NCBI GenBank assembly: GCA_043819555.1
Contig: JBDREQ010000020.1
Span: forward strand, 89,132 to 153,131
Source of the DNA: Candidatus Zixiibacteriota bacterium
GTDB taxonomy: Bacteria > Zixibacteria > MSB-5A5 > GN15 > JAAZOE01
Direction: 5' to 3'
DNA length: 64,000 bases
The translations under genes were made by a program, and so were the position numbers. The notes below the pieces were generated by a model. That model was not told where the DNA came from and made no database searches. It saw only the letters and a program-made list of their open reading frames with translations. This document shows, one piece after another, positions 10,049-20,020 of the stretch (position 1 is its first letter; every line of letters starts with the position of its first letter).

Positions 10049-11710
10049 TTAACTTTCTTTGTAGTCTTTTTTCAAGTCATTTATATCTATATCGGAATCC
10101 GGCACTTTTTTCTCAAGTGGCAGAATGATAGTAAAAGTTGTCCCGCAATCCTCAATCGATTCGACATTTATCTCTCCACCATGCTCATGAATAATCCCGT
10201 AACTTACTGATAATCCCAATCCGGTACCCTGTCCGATGGACTTTGTTGTGAAGAACGGTTCGAATATATTTTTCTGTATTTCAGTCGGGATGCCGATTCC
10301 GTCATCGGCAATGCTTATTTCTACCGCCCCTAAGAACTCTCCCAGGCCGGGCGAATGGCGGGAAGTAATCAAAAGATTGCCTCCATTTTCCATAGCATGG
10401 AGGGCATTAATAATGATATTTGTAAAGACTTGCTGAAGCATTGCTGTATTACCCATGATAGCTGGAATATTATCGGACAGGTCCGTCGCCAAATTTATTT
10501 TGTGCATTGAAAGTTGATGTTCAATGAGAGTGATAGTTTCCAGCAAAGTACTATTGATATCGACTTCGGATTTTTCAATTTTCGAGGTTGATCGTGAAAA
10601 CTTCAACAAATTCTGAACAATTTTCTTGCACCGCCTTGTTTGAATCTCAATATCTCGCAGATGCTTCTTGTATGATTCAAAATCTTTTTCTGTGATTTCA
10701 GAAAATGGCTTACGGTTCATTTTTTCCAAAGTATATTGACTGTAACCGAGAATCCCACCCAGGGGATTATTTAATTCGTGGGCCACGCCCGCCGAAAGCT
10801 GACCAATGGCTGCCATTTTTTCGGTTTGGATAAGTTGCGATTGGGCCTTTTCCAGTTCATGCGTTCTTTCTATTATTTTTTCTTCCAAAGTGCGGTTATA
10901 TTCTTCAATTTCCCATCGGGAGTCTTTTAGCGACTCGACCATTAAATCAAATGATGTCGCCAACTGGCCGATTTCATCAAATCGTTTAATTCCTGTCGTT
11001 AATGATAAATCGCCCTGAGCGATTTTTTCAGCAGCCGTGGCTAACTGCTCGATCGGTTTGGTAATTAAATTTACAAACCCAAAAGTGAGCAGTATCGTCG
11101 CCGAAATCACCAGAAGAATGATTATGATTGCGCCGCGTACATTATTATCCGCCTCGGCCATTGTATTGGAAACAGATATCCCCAATCGAACATTACCGAT
11201 TACCTCAGTGATTACATGACCTCGGGTTTTGCCTATATCGCCCAGGATTTCGCGTGAAACAATACTGTGAGTTGTCACAACCGCATGACATAATTCGTAA
11301 TAATAATCCTCGACATTCTTATGAAATAATTTTCTGATTGTAATTGAATCTTCTTGATTTAAAATAGGAGGATTGGCAGGTATCTCTATGTCCAATTTTG
11401 ACTTCTGGGCCAGGATGTCGCCGTCAAGATTCTGTATGACAATATAAGTAATATCCTGTTCTTTGACAGTCGCATCGATAAGCTCCATCAATACCATTTC
11501 GTTTTCGATAAACGTACCGTATTCGCAGTTGGCCGCCAAAACTTCGATCAGGGCTGAACCTTTATCGATCAATCCCTCTTCGGTTGACCGAATTTGGGTC
11601 GAAATTAAGTAATAAGATACAGAAAAACCGCTGGCAATAATAAGAAGCGAAAACGTCAGGATAAATTTCACCCGCAAGGAAAGAATTTTGAATTTGCCCA
11701 GGAGACTCAT
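10049..11710 (-). CDS. Membrane sensor histidine kinase (2 TM, periplasmic domain, HAMP, HisKA, HATPase)
   Basis: Two TM helices, HAMP (KPIEQLATAAEKIAQGDL...DEIGQLA), AHELNNPL, NALHAM, FEPFFTTKSIGQGTGLGL. Confidence 0.95.
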   Translation of the reverse strand: MSLLGKFKILSLRVKFILTFSLLIIASGFSVSYYLISTQIRSTEEGLIDKGSALIEVLAANCEYGTFIENEMVLMELIDATVKEQDITYIVIQNLDGDILAQKSKLDIEIPANPPILNQEDSITIRKLFHKNVEDYYYELCHAVVTTHSIVSREILGDIGKTRGHVITEVIGNVRLGISVSNTMAEADNNVRGAIIIILLVISATILLTFGFVNLITKPIEQLATAAEKIAQGDLSLTTGIKRFDEIGQLATSFDLMVESLKDSRWEIEEYNRTLEEKIIERTHELEKAQSQLIQTEKMAAIGQLSAGVAHELNNPLGGILGYSQYTLEKMNRKPFSEITEKDFESYKKHLRDIEIQTRRCKKIVQNLLKFSRSTSKIEKSEVDINSTLLETITLIEHQLSMHKINLATDLSDNIPAIMGNTAMLQQVFTNIIINALHAMENGGNLLITSRHSPGLGEFLGAVEISIADDGIGIPTEIQKNIFEPFFTTKSIGQGTGLGLSVSYGIIHEHGGEINVESIEDCGTTFTIILPLEKKVPDSDIDINDLKKDYKES

Positions 11711-12702
11711 TTTATAACCTCCTTGGCAATCGCCAGCAATTCCTCGGGAATCTGAATACTAATTAGCCTGGCAGTTTTTTCATTATACTTGAAGTAAATT
11801 ATACCAGCCCCGGGCGTTAGTACGGGAATTTCCGAGGGGTGTTTTCCTTTCAATACTTGTATGGTTATTTCACCAGCCTGACGGCCAATATCCTTAAAAT
11901 CAAAATCAAGGGTAAATAGTCCGCCGGCCTCAACCAGAGCCTGAGAAAATCCCATTAGTGGAATTCTATGACGCAGGGTCTGGAGAATTATATGCTGAGT
12001 TGATTGTGGGGTAAATATTTTTTGATCGGCTACCGTCCAAAAAGCGTCAACAATGGTGCACAAAGAATCCAATACTTTGGGAATCTCTCGTTCCGATTCT
12101 ATCTTTGAGGCAATTAACTCAATGCCTAATTGCTTGGCTGCGATTTGTGCCGGGTGTATCAGGTTCTCAGTTTCATCCGAGTAAATAACGCCCATTTTTT
12201 TAATGTGCCCAACAACTTTTTGATAATACTTAAATTGTATGTTAGGCGGCACATCAAGAGCGGCGCCGCTTATATTCCCTCCCGGGTAATTCATCGATGA
12301 AACAAAACCCGATGCCGAAGGATTTATAACGGTCGCGAATATAATGGGTTTATTGGGGAAAAACCTGGATGCTGTCAATGTTGCGAATGATCCTATGGTG
12401 ATTAATATATCCGGATCAAACGACGCAATCTCATTCATCAATCCCGCATCCGCGGACTGCTCGCCGGTAAGAAGCGTATTTTTGTATAAAACTTCAAATT
12501 CCGAACTGTCCAGGGATTTTTTTAAGCCTCGAATAGTTCTTTGTGTAGAGGGGTCTTCATCAATGCTGATAATGGCAACTTTTTTTGCATTGGATGCAAA
12601 GATCGAATCTGTGCAAATCCCCGGCAACAAAAGAACCAATAGGACATAAAGCGCTGCCGGTCCAACGGTAAATTGCTTTATTACCCGGACAAAAACCTGC
12701 AT
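11707..12702 (-). CDS. Periplasmic substrate-binding protein (ABC_sub_bind family), no cognate permease nearby
   Basis: Signal peptide; PDILITIGS, PIIFATV, GGNISG, LVEAGGL, DIGRQAG, PSEIPV motifs; its stop overlaps the kinase start (ATGA). Confidence 0.85.
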   Translation of the reverse strand: MQVFVRVIKQFTVGPAALYVLLVLLLPGICTDSIFASNAKKVAIISIDEDPSTQRTIRGLKKSLDSSEFEVLYKNTLLTGEQSADAGLMNEIASFDPDILITIGSFATLTASRFFPNKPIIFATVINPSASGFVSSMNYPGGNISGAALDVPPNIQFKYYQKVVGHIKKMGVIYSDETENLIHPAQIAAKQLGIELIASKIESEREIPKVLDSLCTIVDAFWTVADQKIFTPQSTQHIILQTLRHRIPLMGFSQALVEAGGLFTLDFDFKDIGRQAGEITIQVLKGKHPSEIPVLTPGAGIIYFKYNEKTARLISIQIPEELLAIAKEVIK

Positions 12703-12804
12703 AACCGCCTATTATTTTTAATCAAGATGCTAAATTGTTGTATTCCTGCCGGATGAATCTAATAGTCAACAGATGTAATACCGGCTGCACCATAACTATT
12801 TTGT

Positions 12805-12832
12805 GTATCGGACGCCTTCATAAAATCTTAAC
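12805..12832 (-). promoter_or_regulatory. Sigma28 (FliA/SigD/WhiG)-like promoter for the signalling operon
   Basis: Minus strand GTTAAG-N14-TCCGATAC, close to the consensus TAAA-N15-GCCGATAA. Confidence 0.6.
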
Positions 12833-12941
12833 CGGGATATACCTGGACCAAATTATCCAACCATTTGAATAGCTGTCCTTAAGAAATATTTATAAAGAGG
12901 ATTAATTAAATCGAAATATTAAAAAATATCAAAAACACGCT

Positions 12942-12969
12942 CTAAAGGAATGAGTGGGATTTCCGATAC
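12942..12969 (+). promoter_or_regulatory. Sigma28-like promoter for the TonB receptor operon
   Basis: CTAAAG-N14-TCCGATAC (TAAA-N15-tCCGATAc). Confidence 0.65.
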
Positions 12970-13004
12970 CTAAAAAGACATATATATCTAATGCGTAATG
13001 AAAA

Positions 13005-15725
13005 ATGTCCAATTATGAATACTTTTTTAAAAAGTATTCATACAAAACGAAGGAGTCGGGCTTGTTGGCATTAAACAATGCAGCCAGGCTATTTATCCTG
13101 TTCAGTTTTCTTGTGCCACTTTGCGTTTCTACCGCATTTGGGGGTACGACAGGAAAAATAGCTGGAATGGTGGCTAGTGCGGAAACAGGGGAAGAACTGA
13201 GGGGAGCAACTATCCGAGTTCTGGAAACTCAAACGGCAACAATGACTGACCCGGATGGAGAATTTTATATCATCAATCTACCGGTTGGTGTTTATACATT
13301 GGATATCTCGATAATCGGATATGAATCAGCGATTGTCCGGGAAGTCAGAGTTTTAATGGACCTGACTACTCCGGTTGAAATTAACCTAGATGTCAGTCCG
13401 GTGGATCTTAACAAATCAGTGACAGTCTATGCTAAACAACCATTAATACAACGCGATAAGACATCATCGGGGGCGATTGTCACTCGCGATGATATCATGG
13501 CTCTTGCTGATGCCAGAGATGTCGGTAGTATTATTTCAAATATGAGCGGTTCTGTTGTCGGTGGCGATGGCGCGGTGCATGTTCGCGGCGGACGTATGGG
13601 GACATTATCATACTTCTTTGACGGATTCTCGGTTCAGGATCCTTTTTTCTCCACCATGGGAATGAGAATAGTCCCTGAAGCCCTGGAAGAGCTGTCAATG
13701 ACTTCAGGCGGCTTGGCCCCTGAATATGGCGAAGCCCTGGCTGGTGTGGTCAACGCCATTACTCGCGAAGGTACCGATGAATTTCAGGGGCGTCTAAAAG
13801 TCTTCGACGGTGCCTCTCACACCTACAATGTTTATACTGGTGAATTCAGTAATCTTAGGCGAATTAATAATCATAACATTTCTCTTGATCTTTCAGGACC
13901 AATCGCCAGAATTGGCGAACGTAACGCCACCTTTTTCACCTATTTGGAATTTGAGCGCAATGATGGATATTTACCTCATAATCGGCACAAATCATATTCC
14001 GGAGTCGGTAAAATTGTTTCCTACCTGTCGAATAACACCAAATTGACATTTAACGGCGCCTACCATAGTTCTGACGAGCAAAGATATAATCACCGGGATA
14101 ATAACCTTCTGTCTTATGATTTCAATCTTGATGGTTCCGGAAAATATGAGGATAAATCGTACCTATTCGGTGTTAAATTTGACGTTAACAAATCAGCCAA
14201 TACAGTGTACTCATTCAAAGTCAATAAATTCAGAACGCAACGAAAATTGGCGCCGGAACATCTTTTTGATTTGTATTGGAACCAATGGCCTGGTTATTCT
14301 GAAGATGAAAACGGAGTTTATAATGGCACTATTCAGGATTCCAACTATATTCGTTCCCCGGAATACTATTACTGGGGTTACACCACAGGTGATGATTTTT
14401 ATCCGGTCTATATGGAACGATGGTCGGATTATTCAGGCGCGAATTTTTCATTGCTGTCACAGCTTGACAAATTTCATCAGTTGAAATTTGGATGGGATCT
14501 GCGTCATTATGAACTGCATTGGGATACACGCCAATTTTTCAATGAATTACCATACGGTGAAACCTATACCGCATTTCCCTGGATCGGTGCGGCTTATCTG
14601 CAGGATAAAATCGAACTTAATGACCTGATCGTAAATATTGGCATGAGGTTTGACTATCTTAATTCTGACGCCGAATACTGGAATGATCCAATTGAGCATG
14701 ATTATAAGAAAAACGCAAAAGCAAAATATCAGATTTCACCGCGACTTGGTATTTCACATCCGATCAGCGAAAATTCGGTATTGCATTTCAATTACGGCTA
14801 CCTGTTTCAACCCCCTCAGGCCTCGATTATGTACACCAACCTGAAAGGCGAACTCGATAGCGGATTTCCGCTATTCGGCAATCCTGATTTGGAAGCCGAA
14901 AAAAGCATTTACTATGAACTTGGCCTGACTCAGTTGCTGAATAACAATATCAGGATGCAGATTACCACATACTATAAAGATATCAGTAATATGGTGGGCG
15001 CCCGCGAAGTTGTTGACGGCATCAATAATTATACCGTCTACATCAACTCCGATTACGGTTCAACTAAGGGCGTTGATCTTATTCTGGAAACGACTAATCA
15101 GAAACTGCTCAACTGGTCGCTCAACTACTCATATATGATTGCACGCGGAAACGCCTCCGACCCGGATGATTGGTATTATAATTATTACACCATACTCGAT
15201 TTGGATGATCGGCCTGAAATCCCGACCCGCGAATATCCGTTGGCATTTGACCAACGACACAGCCTGTCAGCTGTTATTGATTTACAGGTGCCCAGATATG
15301 AAAAGCTGCGGGTATTAGGAAAGAAAATGCCGACGGCCTGGGGAATTAACCTCCTGGCACGCTATGGCTCAGGATTAGCTTATACCAGAACAGATAAGAA
15401 TGGCCGACCGGTAGGTTCGCTTAATGATGAACGACTGCCTTCAACTCTTAGAATAGATTCGCGCTTTAATAAAGATTTCTATTTGGCACAAAACAGCGAT
15501 AGATACATGACTTTTTATATCGAGGTTGTGAACCTGTTTAACCGGAAAAACGTTCGCCAGGTTTACACTTCGACCGGAAAACCGGATGACGATGGTTTTG
15601 ATGTCCTGAATATTTCGAGCGCGACATATGAGGAAGAAGTGCTTTATCATAGTCTTTTGGAAAGAGATCCCCAAAACTACGAGCCTCCGAGGCAACTCCG
15701 GTTTGGCTTGGAGTTTAATTTCTAA
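13005..15725 (+). CDS. TonB-dependent receptor with N-terminal carboxypeptidase-regulatory-like domain
   Basis: GTTGKIAG...DPDGEFYIINLPVGVY, plug HVRGGR...FDGFSVQDP, SGGLAPEYG, GNPDLEAEK, C-terminal PRQLRFGLEFNF. True start probably TTG at 13062 or 13065 after AAGGAG. Confidence 0.93.
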   Translation: MSNYEYFFKKYSYKTKESGLLALNNAARLFILFSFLVPLCVSTAFGGTTGKIAGMVASAETGEELRGATIRVLETQTATMTDPDGEFYIINLPVGVYTLDISIIGYESAIVREVRVLMDLTTPVEINLDVSPVDLNKSVTVYAKQPLIQRDKTSSGAIVTRDDIMALADARDVGSIISNMSGSVVGGDGAVHVRGGRMGTLSYFFDGFSVQDPFFSTMGMRIVPEALEELSMTSGGLAPEYGEALAGVVNAITREGTDEFQGRLKVFDGASHTYNVYTGEFSNLRRINNHNISLDLSGPIARIGERNATFFTYLEFERNDGYLPHNRHKSYSGVGKIVSYLSNNTKLTFNGAYHSSDEQRYNHRDNNLLSYDFNLDGSGKYEDKSYLFGVKFDVNKSANTVYSFKVNKFRTQRKLAPEHLFDLYWNQWPGYSEDENGVYNGTIQDSNYIRSPEYYYWGYTTGDDFYPVYMERWSDYSGANFSLLSQLDKFHQLKFGWDLRHYELHWDTRQFFNELPYGETYTAFPWIGAAYLQDKIELNDLIVNIGMRFDYLNSDAEYWNDPIEHDYKKNAKAKYQISPRLGISHPISENSVLHFNYGYLFQPPQASIMYTNLKGELDSGFPLFGNPDLEAEKSIYYELGLTQLLNNNIRMQITTYYKDISNMVGAREVVDGINNYTVYINSDYGSTKGVDLILETTNQKLLNWSLNYSYMIARGNASDPDDWYYNYYTILDLDDRPEIPTREYPLAFDQRHSLSAVIDLQVPRYEKLRVLGKKMPTAWGINLLARYGSGLAYTRTDKNGRPVGSLNDERLPSTLRIDSRFNKDFYLAQNSDRYMTFYIEVVNLFNRKNVRQVYTSTGKPDDDGFDVLNISSATYEEEVLYHSLLERDPQNYEPPRQLRFGLEFNF

Positions 15726-18406
15726 TGGATGAAAATCACGAGGATTTAAAAATGAAAATTGACGTTATAAAATCTGGTCTATTTGCTCTGCTATTATTGG
15801 GTTGGACTTTGTCTCCCATTATTGCGGCGGAGCAGGCGCCGCAGGCGCCACCCTCCAGCGTCATTAATCAAATCATCCATAATCAGGGGAATATAGGTTT
15901 GGCCGTTACAAATTTCGGCTATTTGGGTGATTATTATTGGGCAGGAATACCGTCGGGCAGATGGCCCGCGAACAGTACACACGATTACCTCGCCCAGATG
16001 GTGTTTTGGATAGGCGGCGTTAATGCCGCAGGTGATACGCTCCTGGCAAATACTATGGATGATTTTTATCCTATTCTGAATGTCGCATCGGGCAACAATG
16101 ATTATCGAATTATGGTTTCAAACGACACCACAACTTATAATTATGATGCCTCTGATACAACCGGAGCTGGAATCGGTTTTCCCGCCCATGGCTGGAGAGT
16201 CTGGGATATCACCGCTCAGCAATGGGATTATAATCAAGTTTATAACAGCCTTTCATCGAGTTTTCAGCCGGGAGGAGCGGTTTCGGTTCAGGAATCAATT
16301 TGCCGATATGGCGACGATGCCTCCGGCACGCCCGTCTTGGGTCTTGAAATAACCCAGACAATAAGGCAATGGAATTATAAGCATATCGGCGATATGATTA
16401 TAATTACTCTTGAAATTACCAACGCCAGCACCGAAGATTATCATGATGTCGCTTTTGGACTTTATTGCGACTTCGATATTGGCGGACCGGATCCAAATAC
16501 GGGTGAAAATGGCCGTTTGGGCGATCTGGTTAATCATGATACCGATTTGGATTTGGCATGGACCTTCGACGAGGATGGATACGATCCCGGCTGGGGTCCT
16601 GGTGTTCGTACCGGATACATGGGAACGACTTTCCTTTCTACACCGGGCGATATCGGTATGACATCCTTTAGTACCGGACAGTGGGAACTGTTGCCGACAA
16701 CTGACCGGGCACGGTATCAAATGATTGATGGAACTGAATTCGCTCAATCTCTTCCACCCACCGATCAATATTATGTGCAAGCGATTCGTGGTATGGATCT
16801 AGCCGCCGGCGAGTCTATTAGAATTGATTATGCTCTCATTGCCGGTTCCAGCGAAGATAAACTCAAATCGGTTGTAAATGATGCCAGAAATTTATATGCC
16901 AATAATTTTATATCTTCGCGTCCCCCTGATAACGCCTCTGTCCAGTCAACGCCACGCTCTAATAAAATCGCCATTTCCTGGGATAATACCTCGGAATTAT
17001 CTGTAGATCCATCGAATAACTCAACAGATTTTCGCGGTTATAAAATATTTCGTTCAACTGACATGGGAAAAACATGGGGAAATTTGATTGAAAATGTGGA
17101 TGGTTCCAAAGGCCCGGATTATGTGCCTCTGGCACAATACGAGCGGGACGCCTTTGGCCGTATTCCTCATACTTTCATAGATTCAAATTTGACTAATGGA
17201 ATGGAATATTGGTACGCTGTCATACCATATGACAGTACCGCGCTTGAAATTGATTTCAACTCGGGCAGACCTGAAATCGCCAGTTATATCGTCTCTGCTT
17301 TTCCACGCGCAGAACCGTTGGGATATCAACATCCGGTTGAGACTATCGAGCATGCTTATTCCGGTAACTGGAAAGGCGACGAGGATGCCGTATCGCTCTT
17401 CGTCATTAATGATGCAGATATTACCGGTGACGATTATCAAATTACTTTCAACGAGGATTGTCTGGATATAACCTGGAATCTGATAAATACGACTACTGGA
17501 GATACCGTTCTTGGTGACCAAACGCAGACATCGGGTTTGCCAAATTCTTATCCTATTGCTGATGGTCTTCAAATAATTGTTACAGTCCCCACAGTAGATG
17601 AACACTACTTGCCTGAAACGGCAGAACAACTCGAGTTTTCAACGTCAGGAGTAGAGACAATATTGCCGGATTTCATCGAGAAATTTTATCCTGAAGATAA
17701 TTGCTTTGAGCATTTTAGGAATGATATAGAAATCAGGTTTACCGATAATGGTTCATTTGGTTATGATTTCGGGGCATTGGTCTGGTATGACGCCATTGTT
17801 CAAGTACCTCTGCCTTTTGAGGTCTGGGATATAACGAATGAAATTCAACTTGATGTCTGGATCGTTGATTGGTCGGAAGACGGTGAATGGACTATCGCCG
17901 ATTTCGATTGGCTGATCCTGACCAATTATCAATATGATAATGGAAATCTTCAACTCGAAGCTATCCCTGATTATTTTACATGGTTGGTGGAACTAAGTGA
18001 TATCAGCGCTCCCGCTACTGGTGATATTTATTCGATTAGTGGCGTACCGATTGTCTCTTCCGATGATGAGTTTCTTTTCTCATCTGAAAAAATTATCGCC
18101 GGTCAAGTCTCAGCCAATCTCGATAAAATACATACTGTACCCAACCCATATATCGGATATGCCAAATGGGAAACCGGACGAGGAAATCGGAAAATGCAAT
18201 TTGTCAACCTCCCCGATATCTGCACTATTCGAGTATACACTTTATCGGGGGAGTTGATTAACACTCTGGAGCACACCGACGGTTCAGGCGCCCATGACTG
18301 GAATATGCTTTCCGAATCGGGACGGAGCATCGCCGCCGGAGTTTATCTATATAATGTTGAAAGTCAATACGGAAATTTCAACGGCAAATTTGCCGTTGTC
18401 AAATAA
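15725..18406 (+). CDS. Large secreted acidic protein with FN3-like domain and T9SS/FlgD-like C-terminal sorting domain
   Basis: Signal peptide (start probably 15752), FN3-like ISWDN...FRGYKIFRS...DSNLTNGMEYWYAV, C-terminal VPNPY...FVNLP...IRVYTLSGELI...AGVYLY...GKFAVVK. Confidence 0.8.
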   Translation: MDENHEDLKMKIDVIKSGLFALLLLGWTLSPIIAAEQAPQAPPSSVINQIIHNQGNIGLAVTNFGYLGDYYWAGIPSGRWPANSTHDYLAQMVFWIGGVNAAGDTLLANTMDDFYPILNVASGNNDYRIMVSNDTTTYNYDASDTTGAGIGFPAHGWRVWDITAQQWDYNQVYNSLSSSFQPGGAVSVQESICRYGDDASGTPVLGLEITQTIRQWNYKHIGDMIIITLEITNASTEDYHDVAFGLYCDFDIGGPDPNTGENGRLGDLVNHDTDLDLAWTFDEDGYDPGWGPGVRTGYMGTTFLSTPGDIGMTSFSTGQWELLPTTDRARYQMIDGTEFAQSLPPTDQYYVQAIRGMDLAAGESIRIDYALIAGSSEDKLKSVVNDARNLYANNFISSRPPDNASVQSTPRSNKIAISWDNTSELSVDPSNNSTDFRGYKIFRSTDMGKTWGNLIENVDGSKGPDYVPLAQYERDAFGRIPHTFIDSNLTNGMEYWYAVIPYDSTALEIDFNSGRPEIASYIVSAFPRAEPLGYQHPVETIEHAYSGNWKGDEDAVSLFVINDADITGDDYQITFNEDCLDITWNLINTTTGDTVLGDQTQTSGLPNSYPIADGLQIIVTVPTVDEHYLPETAEQLEFSTSGVETILPDFIEKFYPEDNCFEHFRNDIEIRFTDNGSFGYDFGALVWYDAIVQVPLPFEVWDITNEIQLDVWIVDWSEDGEWTIADFDWLILTNYQYDNGNLQLEAIPDYFTWLVELSDISAPATGDIYSISGVPIVSSDDEFLFSSEKIIAGQVSANLDKIHTVPNPYIGYAKWETGRGNRKMQFVNLPDICTIRVYTLSGELINTLEHTDGSGAHDWNMLSESGRSIAAGVYLYNVESQYGNFNGKFAVVK

Positions 18407-18424
18407 AACGCCTGGGAGAAAGAT

Positions 18425-19420
18425 ATGAAAAAGGTAGTAATACAAATCGCTGTCCTTTTAATTCTGCTGGGCGGCATGAGCCAGGCCGATCAATTTAGCA
18501 AAATCGGATCGGTTGGCGCGCAATTTCTAAAAATCGGAGTCGGCTCCCGGTATCAGGGATTGGGCGAGGCATCCGTAGCAATCGTCAATGATGCCTACAG
18601 CCTTTATTGGAATCCCGCGGGATTGGCTTATATTGAAGGCAGTAACCTGACCTTTACCAATGTCAACTGGGTAACCGATGTTAATCTCAATTACGTTGCC
18701 TTTGGTACCAGGATTGAAGATTTTGGGACTCTGGGCATATCCGCGGCTCTTCTATCAATGGGCGATATGGAAGTTACGACTATTGATGAGCCCGATGGAA
18801 CCGGAGACATGTTCACCGCCTCCAGTTTCGCTCTGACCTTTGGCTACGCTCGATTTCTAACGACTCGTTTAGCCTTTGGAGCTTCATTCAAATATATTTA
18901 TGAAAAAATATATACTGAATCAGCTGGGGGCATCGCGTTCGATTTCGGCACCCAGCTTCATACCGGTTATAAATCACTCCGAATTGGAATGAACATCTCC
19001 AATTTAGGACCCAATATGGAGTTTTCTGGTCCGAATCTAAAAGTACCAATTGAAACCCAATCGGCTACTTCCAGAAACGGCGAAGTTGCGGTCGATTCGT
19101 ATGACATCCCGCTGACATTCAGACTGGGTTTGGCGTATGATTTAATCAATGATCCCGACAATACCGTCACCATGATCGTTGAGGCCAAACATCCCAATGA
19201 CCTTGAGCAGCAGGCGTCGCTTGGAAGTGAATACAATTACCGGGATCAGTATTTCCTGCGGGCGGGCTACAAATTCAATTACAGCGAACAGGGTCTGACT
19301 CTTGGCGGCGGCCTCAATGCGCCAATTGGCAGAAACAGTACTTTAGTTGCTGATTATGCCTGGTCTGATTTCGGCCGTTTTGATTCTGTTCACCGCTTTT
19401 CAATTGGTTTCAAATTCTAA
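18425..19420 (+). CDS. PorV/PorQ (UPF0164)-family outer-membrane beta-barrel
   Basis: AQFLKIGVGSRYQGLGEA, DAYSLYWNPAGLA, C-terminal DYAWSDFGRFDSVHRFSIGFKF. Confidence 0.88.
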   Translation: MKKVVIQIAVLLILLGGMSQADQFSKIGSVGAQFLKIGVGSRYQGLGEASVAIVNDAYSLYWNPAGLAYIEGSNLTFTNVNWVTDVNLNYVAFGTRIEDFGTLGISAALLSMGDMEVTTIDEPDGTGDMFTASSFALTFGYARFLTTRLAFGASFKYIYEKIYTESAGGIAFDFGTQLHTGYKSLRIGMNISNLGPNMEFSGPNLKVPIETQSATSRNGEVAVDSYDIPLTFRLGLAYDLINDPDNTVTMIVEAKHPNDLEQQASLGSEYNYRDQYFLRAGYKFNYSEQGLTLGGGLNAPIGRNSTLVADYAWSDFGRFDSVHRFSIGFKF

Positions 19421-19440
19421 TTACGCTTAGATATATCATT

Positions 19441-19470
19441 AAAACCCCGTCATCTCGGCGGGGTTTTTTT
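19441..19470 (+). terminator. Intrinsic terminator of the TonB receptor operon
   Basis: AAAACCCCGTC-atctc-GGCGGGGTTTTTTT. Confidence 0.85.
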
Positions 19471-19544
19471 GTGGTATTTTTCTTCTAATGCCGGCTGAAA
19501 TCATTGCATAATAGTAAATGGGATTTGCATGCTTGTCCATTTAG

Positions 19545-19580
19545 AAAACCGCCGCCTCGCTAGCGCGAGGCGGCGGTTCT
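19545..19580 (-). terminator. Terminator hairpin downstream of rpmB
   Basis: 14-bp perfect stem AACCGCCGCCTCGC-tagc-GCGAGGCGGCGGTT followed by a T run on the minus strand. Confidence 0.75.
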
Positions 19581-19603
19581 TATTGACAGGGGGGTTGGTG
19601 TTT

Positions 19604-19807
19604 TTATAATTTTTTCTTAACGGTTTTGGTTACTTTTCCAGCCTTGAGACAAGATGTACATACTCTCATTTTTTTCGGGACGCCATTAACTTTGGCGTGC
19701 ACCGTCTGGAGATTCGGGTTCCAGCGCCGTTTAGTACGATTCTGGGCGTGAGAGACCGAATTACCGACTCCCGGCTTCTTTCCGCATATTTCACAAATTT
19801 TCGACAT
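19604..19807 (-). CDS. rpmB: 50S ribosomal protein L28
   Basis: [34 protein letters not shown]...[11 protein letters not shown] (zinc-binding C+ form). Confidence 0.98.
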   Translation of the reverse strand: MSKICEICGKKPGVGNSVSHAQNRTKRRWNPNLQTVHAKVNGVPKKMRVCTSCLKAGKVTKTVKKKL

Positions 19808-20020
19808 CAAAAACAACCTTTCTAAGCGTCGAGTGTATCATTTTATACTTAAATCCAAAATTGTCAAGAGAAATTTTAAATTTAATGGCTATATCTTTAT
19901 CGGACTTTGATTCCAAAATCCATACTATCAAGGTAAAAACAACTCCTCTTCAAAATGTACGCTTGTATTGACGAATAGACCAAATATTGCTATTATAAGG
20001 CGGGAGGAGGAGGCACTATC

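Noticed and set aside
11707..12702. ABC transporter operon
   Set aside because: Only the binding protein is present; it is coupled to a kinase and there is no permease or ATPase.
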